Below, piece by piece: positions 12,952 through 22,792 of a DNA stretch of 64,000 nt. The translations under genes were made by a program, and so were the position numbers. The notes under the pieces were generated by a model that worked only from the letters and a program-made list of their open reading frames with translations, was not told the DNA's origin and ran no database searches. The DNA is taken from contig NC_082727.1 of assembly GCF_030144855.1 (NCBI RefSeq), positions 18,724,001 to 18,788,000 on the forward strand, written 5' to 3'. Numbering within the stretch: position 1 is the stretch's first letter; the number at the start of each line of letters is the position of its first letter. The stretch is from Hypanus sabinus. Lineage: Eukaryota.

Positions 12952-14348
12952 GTGAGTATGCCTCCATAGTCGATATATTAGTGCAGCCTGGTTGTGGGTT
13001 CTGCTGCCAGTGAGCCTGTTATGCTAGTTTCCCTCTTGCACAACAGAGCACAGGGTGGATGTCCAAAACCAGAAATGTTAATGGTTCAGAATTGAGTCCT
13101 TGGGTTTGCCATGTTGCAGGGACTTCTTCCATTGAGGTATGTCTGCTATTTCCAAACTTTGAGCCACAAGTCCAGCTGTACAATTGCCAGTGTAAATCTT
13201 TGAACTTAATGCTTTACAATTTCCTCCGCTCTGTGGGTAGATTGCATTTGTTTCCTCTGGGTGCTCTGGTTTCCCTCCATATTCCAAATATGTACGAGTT
13301 AGGCTGAGAGAAATCCACATGTTATGTTGGTGCTGGAAGCATGGCAATATTTGTGGGCTGTCCCCAGCATGTTCACAGACTGTGTTGGTCATTGATGCTA
13401 ATGATGCAATTCACTGTTTCGGTACACATGATAAATGAAGCTGATCTTTAAGAATGACATGTTTGAAAAGTCTTTTTTGTATTACTGAACAGTGACTTCT
13501 CATAAGATTTGAGTTACGTATAAATGTCTTGTGAAGAAAATTTGCTTTCCTGTGTTTTGTTTCACAATCTAGTTTGAGCTCTATATATACAAGTCAGAAG
13601 TGCAGTGAAGTCGCTTCATAGACTTGTTGACAAAAAGGATTCTAGGGCTGATGTCTGAGTTGCTATATACTTCTACAGCTTGTGTAACTGAAGTTACAAG
13701 GAAACTTGTTGGAAAAAGGAAGTTCACTGCAGTATACTGTGACCTCAGATGAGACTTTAGCTTAAATGTTCCAAGGTACATCAGGATGACATCTGGCTTT
13801 CTGTTTATAGTCAATTACACAGAATGAAAATGGGCCTTTTGGCCTGACTTGTCCATGCCAACTGTTGCCTAATGTGCTACTTCCATCTGCCCAAAGCTCT
13901 TAAACCTCTCCCAGCAATGCACTTATCTAGATGGCTTTAAAATGTTGCTAATGTGCCCATTTCAGCCATTATTTCTGGTAGCTCATTCCAAGTACACACC
14001 ACCCTTTGTGTGAAGAAGCTTCCCTGGCCTCCCATCTTAAATTTCCCTTTTAATCCTTTGCCTGTTTCCTAGGTAAAGAACTACTTGCTTTCACTCTATG
14101 CTCCTGATGGTAAATTAGTTAAACTAGGTAATCCCTCAGTATCATATATTCAAGGGAGTAAAGTCATAGTTTAAGTAACCTTGGTACTCGGGGGTCCCAA
14201 GTCTAGACAACATCTTAGTAAATAATTTCTGCACTTTCTATTTTAATAACTAGAAACATGTTTAGTTTTGCTGCCTGTTAACCACTTAATCATGTGTACA
14301 GGGTGTTAGAAATGATACTGATTCCTAATTTTAAAAAATCTTGTTCAG

Positions 14349-14447
14349 AGTACTGTGGAACTTTTTGCTACCCCAACGTTGCTCAATCTCCATACCTCAG
14401 GACTGTTGGCGAAAAACTTCTTCCTGGCATTGATGTATTGTGGACAG
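14349..14447 (+). CDS. OGA: OGA exon 6 ([33 protein letters not shown])
   Basis: gttcag / gtgagc boundaries; 99 nt. Confidence 0.97.
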
Positions 14448-15052
14448 GTGAGCTGTGTACTTCAGTATTGTGCTTGTGTATTTTTGATTAATTTGTCTGA
14501 TAAGTGCTATATTTGCTTATGGTCTCTTCAGAAGTGTGTTCAAATAGCTCTATGCTGAGTTGTCCCTGTATGTATTGTATGCTTATTTAATAATGTAATG
14601 TTCCGAAGGGATACCAGTGAATTCAACCTTTTCATTTCCCCTAATATGGGGCAGCATTCTGTCAGTTTTGGGTAGCATCTGAGTTACCTGTATGCTACTT
14701 CTTTTATAAGGCCGATCACTATGTGTATCACTGTTCTGATCCTGTGACAGTTTTGGCTGGCCAGCATGTGTTCTGTAAGCATTCTTAAAAGCTGAAACAT
14801 GGACTTGATTTTTAGTTACTAAGCCAGGATACAGGGTGAAAACTTGGCTCCTGTTCTTCCTAAACAAGAATATAAATGAAGCCAGTTTTGGTTCCCCTCC
14901 TTTTAAGATTTCCAGTTAAGATTAAATTGAATTCTTAATGTTTTATTCACTACAAAATAATTTGAGGCATTGAAATAGTTAAGTGTTTCTTAAATACAAA
15001 TGATAAATAGAATTAAAGTGTGAGAAGCTGATTTTTTTTTAATGATCTCTAG

Positions 15053-15337
15053 GTCCAAAAGTAGTGTCAAAAGATATCTCTGTGGAATCCATCGAGGAAG
15101 TCACCAAAATCTTGAAAAGGTCTCCTCTCATCTGGGATAATCTACACGCCAATGATTACGATCAGAAGCGACTCTTCCTTGGTCCGTACAAGGGGAGATC
15201 GACTGAGCTCATTCCACGGCTGAAAGGAGTATTGACAAACCCTAACTGTGAATTTGAAGGGAACTTTGTTGCAATTCACACACTAGCTACATGGTACAAA
15301 TCCAACATGAATGGTGTGAGGAAGGACGTTGTAATGA
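15053..15337 (+). CDS. OGA: OGA exon 7 (GPKVVSK...[19 protein letters not shown]...KDVVM)
   Basis: ctctag / gtaagt boundaries; WDNxHANDYD GH84 motif. Confidence 0.97.
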
Positions 15338-15920
15338 GTAAGTAGACAGTGTGAAACTTTGGCTACATGTGAATTGTTGTAACTTGTGAATCCATTTCCA
15401 ACAGAAGTAGATCACTCCAACAGTGCAATGAAATCTGTTGAGTCAGTTGTGGTCCCAGAAAAGCTGCTCAGAAAGAACTTCATTTGTTTCCCACCACCAC
15501 TTGAGGTACAATGATTTGGACGAAAGACAGCTTCAAATCAGCTGTCGATTCCCTTGTCTGTTGCTGCCTATTCTCACCGGGCCACCATAGGTTTTGAAGA
15601 TGTGTTCCACCAGGTGAAACTCCTGTGTCTGTTTCCCTTGAGCTGTGTACAGCTAAAGAACAATTGCTCAGCCAAGTGCCACTGTTGCTCACCTTGCTGT
15701 GGTCTTCCTTTGTATCCATGTGTGAGGCTGGGATCATGCTTTACTGACAGACTAGTGTTGAAACTTTTCATTAAATAAGAAAAGTTGCCATAAGGCGGAA
15801 AAATAGCCATCCTGTCTTGTATCTGTGTTCCCTTATGTAACCTCTGCATTTATCTGGGATATTAGTTGGTAATATCGATACTGTTTTGGGTGATGCAGTA
15901 GTTAATTTTGTTTCCTTCAG

Positions 15921-16079
15921 CTGACACGGAAGAGAGCACTGTATCCATTCAGATCAAACTTGAAAATGAAGGCAGTGATGAGGAGATAGAGACCGATGTT
16001 CTGTATAGTCCTCAAGTGGCTTTGAAGATGGCCTTAACAGAATGGATGCAAGAATTTGGAGTGCCACATCAGTATAACT
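15921..16079 (+). CDS. OGA: OGA exon 8 ([31 protein letters not shown]...GVPHQYN)
   Basis: cttcag / gtaagt boundaries; 159 nt. Confidence 0.96.
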
Positions 16080-16509
16080 GTAAGTGTTTGAATTTTCCCC
16101 AGTAGTCTTTCTTACTGGCAGTCTGTTGATAATATTTCCGAAGTTCTGATATTGTCTGCTCTTGTCTTTTACATCGTACATCTATAATGCTTGCCAGGTG
16201 ATTATGGCACAATTTTTTTAGTTATGTGACATGGTTACTGCATACATGATTTGAAGGTTAATGAGCACTGAGAACAGATGTGGATATAGTCACAAGATAA
16301 GGCATCAGGTCAATCCTTGCTGGCCAAAGGTTAATCCCATTTTTCATCTCTTAGTCCATTTCCTTATATGCAACCCATAGCTTATCTGTGTGAGGGTTTC
16401 TGCTTGCACCATTCTTAAATGCTGTTGTAGATCATCATGAGGCAAGGGATCTGTGGAACCTTGCAGTGTACATTTGAAATTAGCTAGCCTGCAGCAGATA
16501 GCAGATGGT

Positions 16510-17135
16510 AGATGATGGAGCATATTCTACCTGGTGTTAGGTGACTGGTGGTGTTCTGCAGGAACCATTTTGGGGCCTTGCTCTTTGGCTGATTTGGATG
16601 AGAAAGTGGAAGAGTAGGTTAGTAAGACTGTAGATGACATGAAGGTTGGTGCAGTGGGTAGTGTAAAAGGTTGCAGGTTACAACAACATCAGATGCAGAG
16701 CTGGGCTGAGAGGTGGCAGATGGAGTTCAGTCTGAAGTGATTCACTTTGGAAGATTGAATTTGAAGACTGTACATGGGGTTATTGGCAGGATACTTAGCC
16801 ATGTGGAGTAACAGAGATCTTGAGGTCCAAGTTCATAGATCCATCAAAGTTCTGAGGTGGTCAAGAAGGCGTATGGTGCGTTGGTTTTCAGCAGACAGCT
16901 GATTGACTTCAAGAGTTACAAGGTAATGGTCACAGCTCTATAAAAACCTGATTGACCACACTTGGAATTTTGTGTTCAGTTCTGGTTGCATCATTATAGG
17001 AGGGATGTGGAATCTTTGGAGAGGGAGCAGAGATTTGCCAGGATGGTACCTGGATCATAAAATGTCTTGTATGGAAAGGCTGAGTGCGCAAGGGCATTTC
17101 TGTTTACTGCGAAGGAAGATGAGAGGTGACTTTGG
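16510..17135 (+). mobile_element. CR1 LINE RT/3' fragment
   Basis: Decayed VTGGVLQ..LGP, WAERWQMEF and LIDHTWN (LVRPHLE-like) segments. Confidence 0.8.
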
Positions 17136-17545
17136 AGCTCCTTTACTCGAGGGAAATACAAGCCTATCCAAAGTCTCCAATCTAAATGATGTCCGGTGCA
17201 TCTGTGCACTCTCTAACAATCTCATCTTTATTGTTGTTTTTGCTGGGCTCTCTCTGTTAAATGTGGCTCTGATATCTTGAGTGGTACTTTAACCATCTGA
17301 AGCCCATCCGTTACGTCATTGGTAAATTCTGCTTGACGACACCTTTAATTCCTTTAATATTTGTAGTAGATGTTTGGTGAGTAAAGCCCCAACTAGATTC
17401 CGTTGTCCTACTGCTGCGCTATGATACTGTAACTTCCATTAATTTGGTCTAACACTAAAAGATATAGATGCTAAGTCTTTTTCCTGTGAGCAGTTCATGA
17501 ATTTTGATTTGTTCTCTGGTTTAAAGAAGGTGTGTTTGTTTTCAG

Positions 17546-18162
17546 GCCGAACAGTCCCTCACAGTGGTGCAAAGACAAACACAATTGATGTGGGAGGGAT
17601 CGACAGACCTTGCCTTAACTCCTCTACAACTGTCACCACAGTCTACCAGCAGCCCATCATGAGTCAGGGGAGTCCACTGAGTGGTGAGCCAGCCTTACTG
17701 GCCAAGGAAGAGGAGGAGAAGAAGCAGCAGTCTGATGAAGAGCCAATGGAGATGGCAGTAGAGAAGCCAGATGAGCAAGAAACCAAAAATGTTAATCAGA
17801 TCCTCACGGACATTGTTAAGGCCAAAATGTCTGAGGATCTCAAACCTATGGAGATGGACAAAGACAGTATTGCTGAATCGAAGTCTCCTGAGATCTTTAT
17901 GCAGGAAGACTCAGGAAGTGATATAGCACCAATGCAGACTGATGAACAGACAAACAAAGAGCAGTATATCCCAGGTCCCAACGAAAAGCCACTCTACACT
18001 GCTGAAGCTGTGACTTTGGAAGATTTGAACCTCCTGGCTGAGATGTTCTATCTGCCTTACGAGCATGGACCCAAAGCTGTTCAAATGCTAAGGGAATTCC
18101 AGTGGCTTCGAGCGAACAGTAGTGTTGTCAGTGTGAACTGTAAAGGAAAAGATGCAGAGAAG
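17546..18162 (+). CDS. OGA: OGA exon 9 (disordered linker and start of the stalk)
   Basis: tttcag / gtaaaa boundaries; [16 protein letters not shown] and FYLPYEHGP motifs; core of ORF 17497..18246. Confidence 0.96.
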
Positions 18163-18456
18163 GTAAAATACAAGAGCCATTTTATCTATCCCTTCAATGC
18201 TCTGGACAGTTGTACAGGAGGGTTGACTAATGAGTATAGCTTTTGAATTGACTTATAAATCTTCTGGGGTGGGGGGGAGAAAAAAAATGTGCTCCAACTT
18301 AATGTGCAAGGAGATGGGGCATGTGCAGACAGAAGTCAACATGTCAATCATACTGCATAAAACAGGCCCTTTGGTTCAAAAAACCTGCAAGAAAATTAAC
18401 TTTCAGGTAGTATATGATGACAGTTTATATATTTTGATAAATTTACCTGACTGTTA

Positions 18457-18547
18457 AAAAATATCTACACTTAACAAAAGTTTTCAATGCTGATCCCTGT
18501 GTTCCAGGGATCAGCATTGAAAACTTTTGTTAAGTGTAGATATTTTT
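18457..18547. repeat. Perfect inverted repeat: 43-bp arms, 5-nt loop
   Basis: 18457-18499 is the exact reverse complement of 18505-18547; loop TGTTC. Confidence 0.95.
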
Positions 18548-18839
18548 CCCTCTTTCCCTATTCACGTATCTTTCCAAATGCATTTTAAACACTGATATTA
18601 ACAGCATCTCTTGTCTATGGCAGCTTCCATATACTCTGCAACAATTTTTAGGAAGGGAGACATGAAGAGGTAAAGGGCTAAAGAAGAAATCTGATAGGAG
18701 TGGACCATGGGAGAAAGGGAAGGAAGAGGGCACCAGAGAGAGGTCTTGGGCAGGTGAGAAGAGATGAGAGAGTGACCAGATGTGGAATGGAAAAGAGAAG
18801 GATGGATGGGGTGGGGGTGAAGAGGGGGTAGAAAGTGGC

Positions 18840-19570
18840 AGGTCACCTGGACCAGATGGACTATGTACCATAGTCCTGAAAGAGATTGCTGAATAGATCA
18901 TGTAGGCATTAATAATGACCTTTCGAGGATCACCAGATTCCAGTATGGTTCTTGAGGACTGGAAAATTGCAAATGTCACTCCATTCTTTAAGGGAGGCTT
19001 GCAGAAGAAAGAAAGTTATAGGCCAGTTAGCTTGACTTCAATACTTGGAAGAATGTATTATTAAGGATCAGGTTTTGGAGTACTTGGAGGCGCATGACAA
19101 AATGGCCAAAGTCGGCAGGATTTCTAAATGGTAAATCTTGTCTGACAAATCTATTGGGTGTTTATTTGGATTTTCAGAAGGCCTTTGACAAATGAAGGAG
19201 TGATCTCTGTACAATCTATTGTATATTGAAATGCCTGCATAAAGTAGATGTGGAGAAGAAGCTTCTCATAGTGGGTGAGTCTAGGACCAGGGGCCACAGC
19301 CTCAGAATTGAGGATCATTCATTTTGAACAGATGAGGAAAAATTCCGTTTGCCAGAGGATGGTGAATTTGGAATCCTTTGCCACACATGGTTGTGTAGGC
19401 AAAGCCATTAGTTATATTTAATGGAGAAGTCTGTAGGTTTTTTATTACGGTGTCAGACCTTGGGAGGAGAAGGCAATGAATGAGGTTTAGGGGGAAAGTA
19501 AATCAGCCATGATGGAAATGATGAGTGGACAGACTAAATTTCCTAATTCTGCTGGTAGGCTTTATGGTCC
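18840..19570 (+). mobile_element. CR1 LINE fragment, with a Penelope-like purine-rich tract at about 18640-18840
   Basis: SPGPGDL / EDWKIANVTPFF / YRPVSLTS-like coding and CR1 3' UTR. Confidence 0.78.
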
Positions 19571-20738
19571 AAGTTGGGCAAATCTATGTTTGTGCCATCA
19601 GGTGCTTCATTCTCCTTCTCTCCTAGTGGCCTAGAAGGAAGAACTTGTTCACTGCAGGGTCAATTCTGGCAGGGGTATTGGGATTTAAAGTCAAGGAAAA
19701 GCTTTTCGTAAGACATAGGTGCAGAGTTAGGCCATTCAGTTCACGGAGTCTGCTCCATTCCATTTAGTTATACCCCTGAATCCTGTTCTTCTGGCTTCCC
19801 TCTGCAACCTTTGACACTCTTACTAATCAATAGTCTATTAATCTCCACTTTAAATATACTGAGTGAGAGTTGTGGACTGCATTACCTGATTGTTGAATGG
19901 CAGAAGCCCTTCTCACATATTTACAAAGTATCTGAATGTCTTTGTTTCAGTGAATTAGTATCAAATCATGCAACAGTCTGGCAAGCTTTTTTTCCTTGTA
20001 GTGTTTTGGGGTCTTCACTGTAGAGCTGAAGAAGGGACGTTCACTACTCTGCAGTGATCTGCTCAGTTACTACAAAAGTATCAGATTTCTTCCTCTGGGG
20101 ATATGAGAATTTTGTTAATTCAAAGTCTTCCTTGCAACATTGATGGCCATGCCTTTGCTGTGTTATCACCTTGAACATTCATGAAGCTGAAGTATTCATT
20201 AGCTTAGGTTTTTGGTTCTGACTTTTGGCATGCATTTTCATTCCATGCATATGGATTGCCACACTATTCCTTGCTTGCACATGCATTCTGACTTGTGGTT
20301 AGTTGAAATGTTACCAGAAATCTCCCAGACAGGAGCAGTCAATTTTTTGACCACAACTTAATAGTAATGAGCCAGTTGCCAGCTTGCTCTGAGTTGAGTG
20401 CAGCTTCGATTTTGTTTTCCTTGGCTGCTTTGGCCTTATTTTACTACTATTAAGGATCTCTTAAGTGGCCTCTTCTCATAAACAATTTTTGGGTGCAGCT
20501 TGGTGGATCATTAGATGGGGCAAACTTGGTTGATTTGCAATTGTATGGTGCAGGCAGCAGCTAACAAGATCCTATTCCTGGCAATATTGTGGTTATTAAT
20601 ATCTGAAAGTATCAAATTCTGCAAAAGAATGAAGGTTGATTTTCCCTGATGAATATGCAGATGTAAAATTGATGTTACATTTTTCACCCACTAAAGCATG
20701 TATTCAGATATGAATAGTTCCAAATTTTCTATTTGCAG

Positions 20739-20913
20739 ATTGAGAAATGGCATATCAGAGCCACCAAGTTCGAAGAAATGTGCTGCAACGTAATGCAGAT
20801 GTTTACACGTCTTGCCAACTGTGAAAACAGATCCATTCTTTATGATCTGTACCCCTATGTCTGGGATATAAAGGGTGTTGTGTCTATGGTGAAATCCTTT
20901 GTCCAGTGGCTAG
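20739..20913 (+). CDS. OGA: OGA exon 10 ([15 protein letters not shown]...[18 protein letters not shown])
   Basis: ttgcag / gtaggt boundaries; 175 nt. Confidence 0.97.
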
Positions 20914-22738
20914 GTAGGTAACAGCACAGTTTGGTTTTCATCCCGTATGCTCATGGTTTGAGATCCTACAGTTGTGTCAGCCCTTGAAAACTTAAACAAA
21001 AGTTCATTACTATGGCGAATTATCTGGAGGTGGCAGTTCTTAAACTGTTCTTGCTTTTTAAATATGCCATTTGCTGCTTTTATCCAGTCAAGTTATGTTT
21101 TTAATTATCCCACTTTGATCTTGACTCTCTTCATTCACCTGTACAGTACAAGGCATTAGTAACTTGATGCCTTGTTTCTGAACTGGCATTTGAAACCAGG
21201 TTCAATTTGAATTTATATTTTCTAAACCACTTGTAAACAACTTTATTCTGGTGACTGTTTTTCAGAGGCTGATGTAATTGTTACATGTAACAATTTAAGT
21301 CTAGTGGTAGATTTCTTAAATGACAACCCATTGCATTTTATTTTTGTATTGTCTCTTTTCTGGGACTGACTGTGGACTACATTACATCACTAGAACTAGC
21401 TGAGTGTATCCAAAATTGGGGAATGCCACCCAAGAGAATAACAACACTCAAAGAACTACCCATGACAGAGCTGAAATATGCCGAGATCATGCACTGCTGT
21501 TGGGAGCTGCTTGCTGTGTGTTTTGTAACATTACTGTTTTCAACAGAACAGTGGCAGGCCAACAGATGCAGCAGTCCGAAAGCTTGGAGCGCAACTCCAG
21601 GCACGGCGCATGCGAGCTTTATAAAACGCGCAAGGCTATTCTGGTGTCTGCTGCTGCAGTCTGTACTTCAAAACTGCCACCAGTTCGAAAAATAAGAACA
21701 GGGTGGGGAGCTGCTTCAAAATGGGAGATTTGCAATCTCCTTTTTTCCTAAAGAATAATAATTCCAGTCATGGGACAAAGCAACTGTAATGGCTACTTTC
21801 ATTACAGGCATATTGAGATGAGGGAAGTGCAGACTGCCTCAGGCACCAGCATAGTCTGGGTTACAGCATGTAACCAGATTTTATTCACAGGTTCTACGCA
21901 GATGGCAGGGAATATGGCGTGGATGCAGTCTTTTAAAAACGATGCAGCAGGCAGCTCAACTGGCACCGTGATCACGGCTTGGATTCAGTTCATGGACTAG
22001 CTTTTGAAGCCCCCAGGGTTAAGAATCCTTTAGAAATGGGGTCCCCGGTTCAAGGGCAAAGCATTTGATGCGGTTTCTGAAAGATTGGCTGCCATTGTGT
22101 ACTGGGGAAGTGGGTGAGAAAGGTCCTATCTTAACGTAGTTAGCAATGCAATAACAAAGATCTGGATCAGGGGAGACAATTTAAAACATTTTAGGATATG
22201 AAATGGCAAATTTTTCTGGTAAATAGTACAAATGAATTTAACCATTTTGAAAAGAGTAGATAGGGTGCAAAAGAGTCCTTGTTGATCTTAGGTTTGTAGC
22301 AGTTAAGTTAAACAATTACAATGTGCAATAGAGAAACAGTACAAAAGGCCTTTTGGTCCAAATATCCATACTGTTCAAGGAGACCATCTGAGCTGACTCA
22401 AAGCCCTTCAAACTTTTTCTATTCATTCACCTGCCAAGATGTCTTTTAAGATGTTATCGTAACTGGCTCAACCTGTTCCTCTGGCATATAGTTTTGGCAA
22501 ATTAGTGATAGGTGAGACAAGCATAAGTGTTTTTGTCGAAGCATTCAGCATTAGACCATTGAATATTGGGAGCCCAAGTTGTGCAAGGCAGCCCATTGTT
22601 TAATTGTAGAATTCTGAGATGGTTCTAGTGTTTAGTGATGTAGTTTGCAGTCTGTCATAACCTGAGTGTGATGCTGTGATGTGAAGGGTTACTAACGACC
22701 TCTTCTATTGTCTTGTCTTCTTCCCTCACTGTGTACAG

Positions 22739-22792
22739 ATGGAAGAATCCTCAGCACAAGTTACTACAGCTGTGGGATCGACAACGCCAGAT
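22739..22792 (+). CDS. OGA: Putative alternative in-frame cassette exon of OGA (+18 aa: DGRILSTSYYSCGIDNARW)
   Basis: TACTAAC at 22690-22696, long pyrimidine tract, tacag acceptor and weak AT/gtacga donor. It is 54 nt, phase 1-1 and stop-free. It resembles DGRILSTS-type inserts recalled from vertebrate OGA isoforms (not verified here). Confidence 0.78.

Noticed and set aside
17497-18246. 249-aa ORF as a stand-alone gene
   Set aside because: It is OGA exon 9 plus intronic read-through on both sides.
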